NCBI RefSeq assembly: GCF_022045235.1
Contig: NW_027266265.1
Location: 47,430,001 to 47,494,000, forward strand
Direction of reading: 5' to 3'
Origin: Haliotis cracherodii
Taxonomy: Eukaryota
Length of the DNA: 64,000 nt
Shown: one piece after another, positions 49,601 through 62,348 of the stretch
Layout of the letters: each line of letters opens with the position of its first letter
Numbering within the stretch: position 1 is the stretch's first letter
Program-made: the position numbers and the translations under genes
Notes under the pieces: generated by a model
Database searches by the model: none
What the model saw: only the letters and a program-made list of their open reading frames with translations
What the model was told of the DNA's origin: nothing

Positions 49601-50479
49601 ATATGATAGCGTAATAACGATTACTATAAGATGTCTGCGCTGAACAGAGTGATGAGCGTTTCCTGTAGTGTTTTCAAGCGTATCTATCAGTTGGTCGAAC
49701 TGGGACCATTTTCGCATCCTCTGGCGCTCAAGGTGTAATTGGTAATTAGCTAGCGAGAACAAATGTTAGCAAATTAAGAACACTCGGAGAACATGTCTAT
49801 ATTAACGAGAAAATGCTATCTGTATGTCGCCACGTTCAGTAACTCCTGCGGTTATAATTTCGAATAATTGCTCATAATTGCAAATTCGTATCATCTCAGT
49901 GGAACAAGTCCTTGGTATGTTCGGTCGCATTTCAGGATTGTTTTACATGCAATAAAGATAACTTTAATAGTAATTGAACAATTAATGGTAAAGTAGAACC
50001 AACCGTATAACATAATTGATGCAACAATACTACAAAATCAATTTATTGTATTTTATTGTCCCAAGACGAAAAAAACCCATCCACACTGCATGGAGCGATG
50101 TGATCTTTCCTAATCATTTTTCAAGTCAACAACACACCAGATGTTTGTTTTAGACACGCTATGTTTTGTACAGTTGTTTTTGTACCTCGTCGGTGCTAAC
50201 GGGGTTAAGGCAACACACACTCACTCACTACCCCACTCACTCAAATAGATTTATTGTTCATCATGTTTTTTCTCCAATAAATTTTTCGAAAATTTAGAAA
50301 TATCCGAGAGAGAAAAGAAATGTAAGTCAAACGAATAAAGACCACGCAGTAGGTAAAAACAGAAAGTACAGATAGCTAAAACAATAAAAAGTAACCAACA
50401 TTATTCGTGTATGAAGTGAAGACGTCGATGGCTACATTATATGTAACAAACAATAAACGAGAAAATAAGAGAGTGAGAA

Positions 50480-52240
50480 AACCATTCACACGTAGAGAAG
50501 ATGAACCATGTACGCGTGGAGAAGACAAAGCATGGGTTCGGTGAGAAGACAAACAATACACACACAGAGAGAAGGCCAACCATGCACACACAGAGAAGAC
50601 AAACCATGCAGACATAGAGAAGACAAACCATGCAGACATAGAGAAGACAAACCATGCAGACATAGAGAAGACAAACCATGCACACAAAGAGAGGAGACAA
50701 ACCATGCACACACAGAGAAGACAAACCATGCAGACATAGAGAAGACAAACCATGCACACAAAGAGAGGAGACAAACCATGCACACACAGAGAAGACAAAC
50801 CATGCAGACATAGAGAAGACAAACCATGCAGACATATATAAGACAAACCATGCACACAAAGAGAGGAGACAAACCATGCACACACAGAGAAGACAAACCA
50901 TGCACACAGGGAAGACAAACCATGCAGACATATATAAGACAAACCATGCACACAAAGAGAGGAGACAAACCATGCACACACAGAGAAGACAAACCATGCA
51001 CACAGGGAAGACAAACCATGCACACAGAGAATACAAACCATGCACACACACAGAAGACAAACCATGCAGACATAGAGAGAAGGCAAACCATGTACACACA
51101 TAGAAGACAAACCATGCACACACAGAAGACAAACCATGCAGACATAGATAAAACAAACCAGCACATACAGAGAGAAGACAAACCATGCACACACAGAGAA
51201 AAGATAAACCATGCACACAGAGAAAAGACAAACCATGCAGACAAATATAAGACAAACCATGCACACAAAGAGAGAAGACAAACCATGCACACACAGAGAA
51301 GACAAACCATGCACATAGGGAAGACGAACCATGCACCCAGAGAAGACAAACCATTCACACACAGAGAAAAGATAAACCATGCACACGCAGAGAAAAGACA
51401 AACCATGCACATAGAGAAGACAAACCATGAACTCACAGAGAGAAGACAAACCATGCACACACAGAGAAGACAAACCATGCACACACAGAGAAAAGACAAA
51501 CCATGCACATAGAGAAGACAAACCATGAACACACAGAGAGTAGACAAACCATGCACACACAGAAAAGACAAACCATGCAGACACATAGAAAAGACACACC
51601 ATTCACACATACAGAAGACAAACCATGCACACTTAGAGAAGACAAACCATGCACATACAGAGAAGACAAACCATGCACACACAGAGAAGACAAACCATGT
51701 ACATACAGAGTTGACAAACCATGCACACACAGAGAAGACAAACCATGCACATACAGAGTTGACAAACCATGCACATACAGAGAAGACAAACCATGTACAC
51801 ACACAGAGAAGACAAACCATGCAGACACAGAGGGAAAGATAAACCATGCACACACAGAGAAGACAAACCATGCAGACACAGAGGGAAAGATAAACCATGC
51901 ACACACAGAGAAGACAAACCATGCACACACAGAGAAGACAAACCATGCACACACAGAGAGAAGACAAACTATGCAGACATAGAGAAGACAAACCATGCAT
52001 ACATAGATAAGACAAACCATGCACACACAGAGAAGACAAACCATGTACACACAGAGAAGACAAACCATGCACACACACAGAGAAGACAAACCATGTACAT
52101 AGAGAGAAGACAAACCATGCACACACATAGAAGGCAAACCATGCAGACATAGATAAGACAAACCATGCACATACAGAGAAACGATAAACCATTCACACAC
52201 AGAGAAAAGATAAACCATCTACATTCAGAGAAACGATAAC
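50480..52240. repeat. 22-28-bp minisatellite (~70 copies)
   Basis: agagaagacaaaccatgcacacac variants. Confidence 0.96.
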
Positions 52241-52553
52241 AAAGCAACAAACTTATGTCAACAGGCGAGTGAACTAGTGATTCTTGTCCTTATAGGTTCG
52301 TTTGTTTTATTAAGAAAGCCATGATCAGGCCCCTTTAGGATGACCTGGCTTGCTCCTTATCAAAGAAGTCAGCAGACTTTATATACAAATGGTCACCCGA
52401 CAACTTTATCTATACTCTGCAAAATAAGAAACGCAAAAGTGATTTCAGATGACTGTGTATTTGATAGATGATATAAATAATCAACAGATTGTAATCGATT
52501 GTTCAAATTTGACACACATCATTGTCAATGACTCAGGTTCAATATGGCACACA

Positions 52554-52686
52554 GGGGGTGGACAAAGAGTTGCAGTGGTTAAAGCGATCACTCGTTACGC
52601 CGAAGACCTGGGTTCGATTCTCCACATGGGTAGAATGTGAAGCGTGTTTCTTGTGTCCCCCGCCGTGATATTAATGAAATATTGCC
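52554..52686 (+). mobile_element. SINE family A, 3'-truncated, within the Tc1 remnant
   Basis: Consensus match; flanking atgRcacaca direct repeat. Confidence 0.8.
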
Positions 52687-52835
52687 ATGACACACATGGA
52701 AGAGTAGATTTTCAATGTGAAGGCCATCTGTTTTCAATATCTTGTGTAGTCCATCTGAGTCCAAAACTGACGGTCATTGTCGTCCCATGGGAGCAGTCAG
52801 ATCCCGAATTGTGCCCAAATGTTCACTCACTCTGC

Positions 52836-52994
52836 TGGGTGGTCGGGTAGCCTAGTGGTTAAAGCGTTCGCTCGTCACCCCGAAGACCCGGGTTCGATTC
52901 CCGACATGGGTACAATGTGTGAAGCCCATTTCTGGTGTCCCCCGCCGTGATTTTGCTGAAATATTGCTAAAAGCGGCGTAAAACCATACTCACT
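52836..52994 (+). mobile_element. SINE family A inserted in the Tc1 transposase
   Basis: 13-bp TSD tcactcactctgc at 52823-52835 and 52994-53006. Confidence 0.93.
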
Positions 52995-53479
52995 CACTCA
53001 CTCTGCCTGCAGTGCTTGTGCCAACTGTCGGATGTTCTGTGTTTGTTGCTGACGTGCTCGCAGTCGTTGATCCAGAGCATCCCATAAATGTTCGATTGGA
53101 TTTAAATCTCGAATCCTTGATGGCCATGGCAGGACCTGGATGTTGTGATTCTTGAGAAAGGCTGTTGTCAGTCTTGCCGCGTGAGGTCGGGCGTTGTCTT
53201 GTGGGCAAATAACATTTACAACGTTACCAGACCTCCTCCTCAGGTACACACCTTTTCAGTATCCATATGTTTATCACCAGACTAACATCAAATCTCTGAA
53301 ATTAACATATTTTACAGAAAAAAAACATTTGTTGAATAGTTATAAAATGTAATAAAAAGGAGCTCAGATACTGCAGTAATCTAGACTGCCCAAACATTAT
53401 ATACTTGCATGGGCTGTATTGGTTATGGTAGTTTCAGGGTCTGTATGACAGACTAGGTTATCAGTAGCCAGCGTTATTA

Positions 53480-54290
53480 TCTATATAGTTGTCACACCTT
53501 AACTATATCTATATGTTGACGAGGCCTTCTCCTTATCTTTATAGTAAGAGATCTCCTTATCAAACAAATTACCTCCTTTTCTATAATGGTTACTGGAACT
53601 GCTCCTTATGTATAAGGTCATCAGATCTCCAACTACTCTTATCTGATAGTTATCTGTCAATATCAGACCTATATCCTTATGGTGCCGGACAGTCTCCTTT
53701 ATATAGTTATCTGATCTTCTCCTTATGTAAACGGTGACCAAACCTTGTCCTTATCTATATGTCACCTGACATTTTCATCTTTAATGAAACCAGACCTTAT
53801 AAATATTGTCTTGCCGAAGCGATGTAAAATCATAACTCACTCACTATGAATATTGTCTTATCCTTATCTATAAGCTTGTCATGGCTTCGCCTTCTGTCTA
53901 TCTGGTGACCAGATCCATACCTTATCGTTATAGCTACCTTATCTATATGTTAATCTAACTTATATTATAGATACCATCATAGATACCATGCCTCCTTATC
54001 TATAAGGTTAATATAAAATATTTAGGATATTAGACCTTCGCTCTGTGTACCTGGGTACAAGACCTAATCCTTATCTACTAGTTTATAGTTAGAGTTAAAC
54101 TAACAGTTAGTCTATGAAATCTTATTTTACATAATACCCTTCCCGACTCTAAAAATAATATTAAAAAAAATATTTAAGACTTGCTTGTATAAGTTTCTAG
54201 ATTGTTCTATTTCACAATCATGGTGCAGGACTAAGTTACAGTGTCTCGTCCTTATTTACATGGTTAGCAAATCTTTATCTTATATGAACA
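53480..54290. repeat. Degenerate ~25-28-bp satellite-like repeat, left of the SRCAP exon
   Basis: Recurrent ctccttatctata..accagacc. Confidence 0.7.
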
Positions 54291-54417
54291 TCTACATATA
54301 TATATACATACATACATACATACATACACGATCTATTAGGTTGCCTCTCACGACCACCACAGGATGCAGGGGACCTATTCTAACAGTGAACTTACTTTGT
54401 AACTCTGCCACGCTTAC

Positions 54418-54669
54418 CTTATGTAATCTCTTGACTAGACTCTCATTGTACTCCTGGCTGCCCTCCACCATCCCTGTAAGCGGGTTAGAGAACCATTCCT
54501 TGAACTCCTTGTGAGACTGGAACACGTGTGGCATGAGGAAGTGCATAAGAGACCACAGCTCCATCAAGTTGTTCTGTAGAGGGGTACCCGTCAGCAGCAG
54601 ACGTCGCTGGCTGGAAAAGTTCAACAGCATCTGCCATCGCTGAGACTTGAAGTTCTTGATGTTTTGAGC
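54418..54669 (-). CDS. SRCAP: Internal exon (84 codons, phase 0-0) of an SRCAP/Domino/p400 SWR1-family SNF2 helicase ATPase
   Basis: Translates AQNIKNFKSQRWQMLLNFSSQRRLLLTGTPLQNNLMELWSLMHFLMPHVFQSHKEFKEWFSNPLTGMVEGSQEYNESLVKRLHK, the region after the DEAQ box including helicase motif III (TGTPLQN). Canonical ttttcag acceptor ends at 54670 and gtaag donor starts at 54417. No stops. Confidence 0.93.
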
Positions 54670-54837
54670 CTGAAAATAACATTTAGTGTTATGTCTGGTC
54701 GAATGAAAGGTTCAGCTTCATCCGGCTTACCCCAGAAATACATCTGTATGCCTATGTCAACAATATCTCATCTGGATAATGGCACCAGAAGAAAATCTAC
54801 TCGGTCAATCAATACCATTCAGGTAAGACATGGTTAG

Positions 54838-54990
54838 TTTGTTTTTTTGTTTAACGCCGCACTCAGCAATATTCCAGCTATATGACGGCGGTCTGTAAAC
54901 AAGCGAGTCAGGACCAGACAATCAAGTGATTGACATCATGAGCATCGATCCACGCAATTGGGATATGATGACATGCTAGTCGCCTCTTAG
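54838..54990 (-). mobile_element. Family B element, internally deleted, in the intron upstream of the SRCAP exon
   Basis: Tail and body match; flanked by aggtaagacatgg direct repeats. Confidence 0.85.
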
Positions 54991-56074
54991 GTAAGACATG
55001 GGAGATTTTGTACATAATACTCAGTCATGTATGATATACATACCTTGAATCGGTTTCTAAAGGAGTTTCTGACACAAGCCTTGTCTTGGCTTGCCCCAAC
55101 GTCCCTACAGGGATACCCAACTTATTGGCTTATAGAATGTTAAAACATTTGACATTTGAAAACACAACAATATGTTCTCTTGACTTGTTCACATTTATTT
55201 CTGGCCAGGGCTACAGATCAGGTACAATCCTTGCAACTGTCTTTGGTATTGGCCATATTGCTATGAGGATCTCATTAAATGAACTAATTTTCACAAAAGC
55301 AATTTTGTTGGTTAGAAATTATGAGTGAAAGTCCAGTCCAGNNNNNNNNNNNNNNNNNNNNNNNNNNNNNNNNNNNNNNNNNNNNNNNNNNNNNNNNNNN
55401 NNNNNNNNNNNNNNNNNNNNNNNNNNNNNNNNNNNNNNNNNNNNNNNNNNNNNNNNNNNNNNNNNNNNNNNNNNNNNNNNNNNNNNNNNNNNNNNNNNNN
55501 NNNNNATGTTTAAGGTAACTAGTCTATCTATAGTCTTCCTTATCTATACGACTGAAAAACTTTCCCGTTTCTAATTTAATGCAATATTAAATTTTACAAT
55601 ACCCCATCCTTGCTCACGTTACTGGAAAATGGTATATATTTCATTTGAAATCAAAGATTAATATGAAAACTATTACCAGTAAACCAGCTGGTTATTATCT
55701 TAGCGATACGCTAAACGGAAATTAACCGCAATCGCCAACAACATCACCAATGGGTTTGCATGTTTTACAAATGTATGGACGCGCGATGATATAGAGCCCA
55801 AATAACCGTGTGTTTTATTTGATGTTACATGTTGCTGTAATTGGAATATGGTGCTGTAAATACAACCAGTTGTATATCAGTAGCAGAGTGTGGTTTATTG
55901 GACGTCTGATATGCCTAGAACTGACAGGGTCCATTTCTGACATTGCCTGTCGTGACGTTGCAAAAGGCGGCGTAAAACCATACGCCATCACGATAACTGA
56001 CAGGGCCCATTTCTGACATTCCCTGTCACTATAACTGACTGGGAAAGCTGATAAACACAAACTATGTTCATGTC

Positions 56075-56700
56075 ATCCTTATCTGTGGGATAACCAGACC
56101 TTCTCCATAGTGACCAGATCCCTACCTTNNNNNNNNNNNNNNNNNNNNNNNNNNNNNNNNNNNNNNNNNNNNNNNNNNNNNNNNNNNNNNNNNNNNNNNN
56201 NNNNNNNNNNNNNNNNNNNNNNNNNNNNNNNNNNNNNNNNNNNNNNNNNNNNNNNNNNNNNNNNNNNNNNNNNNNNNNNNNNNNNNNNNNNNNNNNNNNN
56301 NNNNNNNNNNNNNNNNNNNNNNNNNNNNNNNNNNNNNNNNNNNCCTCTCCTTATCGATACGGATGTCAAACCTTCTTATCTGTAAGGATATCAAACCATC
56401 TCCTTATTAATAAGGTTGCCAGGGAACCTTCTTACCTCTAATAATACCAGACCATCTCCTTATTGATAAGGTTGCCAGACCTTCTTATCTGTTAGGATGC
56501 CATAGCATCCATCTCCTTATTGATAAGATTGCCAGGGCACCTTCTTACCTCTAAGAATACCAGACGATCTCCTTATCAATAAGGTTGCCAGACCTTCTTA
56601 TCTGTCAGGATATCATGACATTATCTTATCGAAAAGGTATCCAGATCTCCTCCTTATGTATATGGATATCGTGACTTTGCCAATGTTATGCATATGTTTG
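56075..56700. repeat. Same degenerate satellite, with a ~113-bp higher-order duplication (56396-56508 / 56509-56615)
   Basis: ccatctccttattRataaggttgccag..accttcttac repeated. Confidence 0.8.
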
Positions 56701-57493
56701 ACAGACCGTGACATATTTGTCATTAGAGGCTCCATATTCAATAAAATATGTTATCAGGAAAATCAGACACGTGTTACCAAGCACACCCTCGATACTCTAA
56801 ATCGGAAGCTGAAATTAACTGCAATATTCCATATATCAAAACGTGAATGAGTTTGCTTGCTTTACATATGTATAAACTCGAGGATGTGTAACGCCCAAAT
56901 AATCTCGGAGATTATGTAACATGTTGCTTTAAATGGAAGATGGTGCTGTAAATACAATTATTTATGTGTTTTTTTAATTGGAAACAGGTGTTCCCGTTTT
57001 GTTGAGGATGAGAACAGATTGTTTTTGTATAATTGTACACAGTGTTGGTGGTCTTTCTGGATCGCGTCTAAAACTAATATAAAACATGCAGTTCATTTTG
57101 TAAACAATGATATCATATTTGATAAGCTGTTGGCTATATTACAATTATTTATCCACATGGGATGAGATAAGCGCGTTAATGAAAACGAAGTCCAACTACG
57201 ACAATCAAACGGTCTTTTTACAGGGGCAGATCGGCGGAGGTGTTTAAAACTTTAAAATATATTATTTACAATGTTGACGTTTAAAAACTTGTAAATGATT
57301 AGCATTTCTTATCTATTCCACAGACAGCCTCGGTGGCAACTTACACACTGACTGATGAGCGTTAGATAGAATCAGTATGACACATAGACTCATGCAAATA
57401 TATAACGTCAACGCCAGAGAATAACCAGTCTCGATTATCTGTCCAAATAGATTCCATTGGGTGTAAAAGGCAAAATGGTGGTGAAATATACGA

Positions 57494-57651
57494 GTGAGTG
57501 AGTATGGTTTTACGCCGCTTTTAGCAATATTCCAATATCACGGCGGGGTCACCAGAAATGGGCTTCACATATTGTACCCATATTGGGCATCGAACCAGGG
57601 TCTTCGGCATGACAAGCGACCGCTTTAACCACTAGGCTACCCGACCGCACC
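57494..57651 (-). mobile_element. SINE family A inserted in a family-E repeat
   Basis: TSD aatatacga at 57485-57493 and 57655-57663. Confidence 0.9.
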
Positions 57652-57946
57652 TGTAATATACGAAAAGATCACTGAAAATCAGTGATAGCACCAGGTGTCT
57701 ACGAAAAGGGTAAGCATGTTCGCTCTACTGCCAGCACCCGCCACTCATAATTTGCATTGAAATGTGAATGTCATTTACGGGAGGACCTTTTTCACATGTG
57801 CACACATTTAATACTGAAAATACATAAATATAATAATCAACGAAAGATTGGCGTGACGAGCGAACGCTTTAACCACTAGGCTACGCACCGCACCTGCGTG
57901 AAGCATTAACAATGTACTTTAGCCAAGTGTACATGCTTCTTAACAA

Positions 57947-58102
57947 GGTGCGGTGGGTAGCCTAGTGGTTAAAGCGTTCGCTCGTCACGCCAATGGCCCG
58001 GGTTCGATTCGCCACATGGGTACAATGCATGATGACCATTCTGGTGTCCGCAGTAATATTTCTGGAATATGGATACTAGCGACGTAAAACCATTCACTCA
58101 CT
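57947..58102 (+). mobile_element. SINE family A whose 5' 49 bp is duplicated in inverted orientation at 57847-57895
   Basis: Consensus match; inverted arm is 48/49 identical. Confidence 0.9.
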
Positions 58103-58239
58103 GAAAACATGCTATGTTAACATTGCATTAAGTTTTGCAACGCATTATTTGTTTCTCTCGTGATTTCATTGGATCAAAGAATCTATTTTAGTTATGTCAT
58201 TTTCAGAGCCCTTTGAAACTCATCTGTGGTACACGTTTG

Positions 58240-58479
58240 TTAGTTTGTTTGTTGTTTAACACCGTACTCAGCTAGGTTTCAGCTATATGACGGCGGTCTG
58301 TAAATAAACGAGTCTCGACCAGATAATCCAGTGATTGACATCATGAGCATCGATCCACGCAATGGCCTACGACGACATGCATCAACCAAGCCAACGAACC
58401 TGATCACCCGATCCCGTTAGTCGCCTCTTACGACAAGCACAGTTGCCTTTTACGGCAAGCATGGGTTGCTTCACGGGCC
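58240..58479 (-). mobile_element. Family B element lacking the first 5' hairpin
   Basis: Reads ggcccgtgaag|caacccatgcttg instead of gacccgtgaag-atccgggtagaataggtcttcag-caaccc. Confidence 0.88.
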
Positions 58480-61400
58480 GGCAAAGATGTTTAAATATCT
58501 AACAAATTAATTGAAACAATACATTTTATTATTGTTGTTTATCAAATGTTTGAAAAAGGAAACATGGTGAAAAATACTATTAATCAAACAAGGGGTGTAT
58601 ATTATGGTGGCCGAGAGGGGACATCGCTTTCTCGCTTTCTCGCTCCCCATAGTATATAGGTATATCTATAAGCTTAAGATATAATCTCCTCCTCCTCCAC
58701 GCACCCCCACCTCCCCAACACACACACGTACCCACACGCATATACACTTTGCAATTCCTCCCACTGCACAAAATATACCTATGTGTTGAAAAAAATAACA
58801 ATTTTAACCCCGCCCCATATTGCATAGTTCAGTTCTTGTTTATCAAATCCGCAAATCGTTGTAAATTTAAAACAAAGCTTATCAGTTCTCATTGTAATAA
58901 TTTCTGTCATATAGGATTTTCTGAATGTTCGAGGAAAAACATTACTCCAACCAAAGCATGTTTTAAAAAAAATGTAATGTTAAAACGAAAACATCGCATG
59001 GGCTTTGCAATTTCGTAGATATGCTACAATGCAAATTTGACCATCTGGGCTAGATTTCCCAAGAGAGTGATATCAGAGTTACCTCCCCTCGATTGACCAC
59101 CAATCAAATGAAACATTTTATGTATCTTTCCGTCAGAGACACTACCCTCTCCTGCGGCTGACGGCTCATGTTTCGCACGATGAGCTAAGAATAACCCTCC
59201 CCAGTACCGAAGACAGACAGGCGTATTACACACACGCGACTCCCCGACTTGGTGATTTGTAATTAGAGTTAATTTTTAATGTTTGTTGGGATTTGAAATT
59301 CGAATTAAATAGCGTGGAAGTACGCTTGTTGTTTTAGTATTGAAGTTTTAGGATGAATAACGATGTACGTTGAATGATAAGATACACTATTGCATTTATA
59401 TTCCGGTCAGGAAGAGTTGCAATGACATTTTTAATTCAACTGATATAAAAGTTCATTCTTAGTCGCGGCACGTGCAATATCCATGACTTGGGTTATAGGA
59501 ACACAGTGTTAATTTTGTGGACCGGCAATCGGTGAATAATATTCTTAGTCTAGCTATGTCACGCTGGCCTAAAAGCAACTAGGGCCTTGGAACAAAGAGC
59601 CCAGATGTTGACCCGAGATTCGACCCGTGCCATAAGGTGAGAATTGCTCTTTCTAGGTAGTATACCCATACAATCCACACTAGCCATGTATTGTGACCAT
59701 CTGATACTCAATAATTACTTCCCCCCACCCCCCACCCCCCCACACACCGACATACTGATACTAAGGACATATTTTATTCCACCATCATAATGTCATAACG
59801 AGATTAGAAAGTATAGGTATTATGTAAGAAATTTAAAAATTAGATCAAGTATTATATTTCAGTGTGGGCCCGATATCCTTGTTTATGATCATATATAATT
59901 TTAATATGCATTTTAAATATTTTTTATGAAATAAATAATGATGAATGAATTCCAGTGTTACGTTAATCGGTCATCAGAATCGAATCTTTGCTTCATGATT
60001 GTAAAGTGTAAATGCAGTAATATTTTCTTCTTCACTAAATCAAGGAGCAAAGTGGAGATTTATCATCACTTAAACACAGCTTCCACTTCTCTGATCAACA
60101 TCATCATCAAACTCTATCAGTCGATTATCATCAATTCATTATCCAGGTATTCTGTTTCTACGAATAAGGAAAACCACAGCTGTTTCGAGCTGATTGTTTG
60201 CCTTGAATCAAGATGCTCTGTGGAAATAATTGATGGCATGGTTATTCTTGCCACGAAAGGCTAGACAAGGGAGATAACCCAACCCATCTTATGACTAAGC
60301 TGTTCCCAATAGGCCTTGTGCAAAGTTGAGTCCAAACCTCAAACGCGGGTCTTTCAGCACGGCACGATGTTTCTAGGCAGAAAGGTGAGCTCGTTAAAAC
60401 CGTTATGTTACACATGATCGTACAGTTACATTTAAGACATTCTAACCATTACGCGAACACCTGGTGTCATTGATGTTCACAGTATTATTTTCATCGCTGT
60501 TGCCGTTTAGGATGAATCTGTTTCACCAGATTATCGAGACTGACTATTCACTAGCGTTGACGTTTTTTTCTGTGTATATTTATATTTCTTTTATATTTAC
60601 TGCCTCATAAAAACATTTGTATATAACTAACACACGCACACAGGAACATAGTCTTCACAATATATATGACTAAACAACAACCCGTTTTTTGTCATTTTTA
60701 ACAGTTCACTGGGTACTCAGTATCGAATTTTTTAGAAATAAACTGATTTATTCTCAAAAACATTGTTCAGCCGCTCTCAGCCCGTACCCTATGGGATTTC
60801 AATGGCATGTATTCAATACCCTGTGCTTATTCACAGATCTATCGTGGTATGAGGACATATATACTCTCACAGCGTCCGGGTTGTTGCTATGTGTATTCAA
60901 AATGTTTTTTATAATCTAGTCACTTAACTGACATATTAACACTTAATAAATACCAACAACACATGTCATGATGTGTTCTGAAACTGAAAGTATTTTATAA
61001 AGCAATTAGCCTTTACACACGTGTACATTGTAAAGATATATATGCGGACATAGGAAGCAATACTTAAATTTTAATGCAAAGGAAATCGATATGTCAAATA
61101 ACAAGTTTCATTTCTTTGTAGTTTATGTTTATTATATATTCTGTATGCACACGTGTTAAGAGATAATCAAAACTCAATGTAATTTCTCATATTTTCATGC
61201 AATTAGAATGTTATTTAATCCTATTCAGTTATCAGTAATGGATATATTTAAAAACATGCTATTATTTGCCACAGAGGTGATAGGGTAATTGATTAGAGAC
61301 AGCTTATTCAATTAAAACATTTTCTAAAATTTATTGAAGCTTAAAAGTCGTATGACTATTCTATTGCTACTTCGAAGGATTACTTTGAAATATGACATGA

Positions 61401-62114
61401 ATCATTGATTTTAGATTGTTAGTTTCACCCGGATTTTAGTATCTCCACTGTATGGTGGACATATTTGCTTGGAATCAGCAAGTCCCCCCCCCCCCCCCCC
61501 CTCCCCCTCCCCCATCCCCCCAAACCTCCTGAGGCTCAATCGTCCTTTTTAATCTACCACTGTACTGGTAGGGGATGACACCAATATACTTGAAAACTAT
61601 TCTACGATCACAGCATGGCGGTTGCGATGTTCTTTTATCTTGTTGGTGTAGAAATGTTTACACAAGCATAGCGACGTGCAATGTACATCGACAATAATGT
61701 ACTTATCAGTCAATCGTTATAATTGGCTTGTCATTGATATGTACATATCCATTTGATTAACAGCAATCTTGACATTTTCAAAAGTTTAACATATATATTT
61801 TTTATTGATGGCTTATTTAAACACGTACCTGTTGGTAACATGACAACATAGCTATGTATTATCTAAACAAGCGATTGGAGGGTCTTACTTGGGATGAATA
61901 TCAGTCAATATAGGACTGCGTGTGTGTACGTTGTTGGCATATTAAACGTGATCATATGGAAAATGAGTAAAGTGAGTGAGTCATTTGGGTTTAACTCCGC
62001 TTTGAACATTGTTTCAATTAAATATCGGTTCTAAAAGAAGAGGCAAAGCAGTATGAATCACTACCAGATATATATAATACCCAGAACAAATGAACATTCA
62101 CTTGAAAACAATAT

Positions 62115-62348
62115 AAACTGTCGGGGGAAAACAAGTATACACTTGAAAACTGAATTTGACCAAAATATTTCAAACGTTATCAAAACGTTACTAGGCCGAA
62201 AACAGTCGCCGAGACACTACAAACATAAGGTTCAAAACACAACAAGATGCCCGTATCAAATATATCACTATCAAATAAGCAGTTCTTGTTTGATTCAATT
62301 GTATCCACCATTCAACATCGGCGTATACTTTCTTCTACCAGGAACACT
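62115..62348 (+). mobile_element. Family F MITE
   Basis: actgtcggggg..aacgttactaggccgaaaacagtcgccga..cccgtatcaaata. Confidence 0.75.

Larger units (their letters stand above)
52413..53200 (-). mobile_element. Tc1-family (DD34E) transposon remnant: transposase C-terminus, 3' region and one TIR, interrupted by two SINEs
   Basis: QDNARPH...WPS..DLNPIEHLW with exactly 34 residues between D and E. Continues across the SINE to a frameshifted YTRY* end near 52734. TIR-like tactctgcaaaataagaaacgca follows TA at 52411. Confidence 0.88.

Noticed and set aside
50376-52250. Long Cys/His-rich ORFs up to 568 aa
   Set aside because: Open in many frames on both strands because the minisatellite lacks stops; unit lengths vary by non-multiples of three.
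54292-54417. ORF-track extension VSVAELQSK... after the SRCAP segment
   Set aside because: Read-through into the intron past the gtaag donor.
55321-56394. ORFs containing X runs (also 19652-19981)
   Set aside because: Artefacts of assembly gaps.
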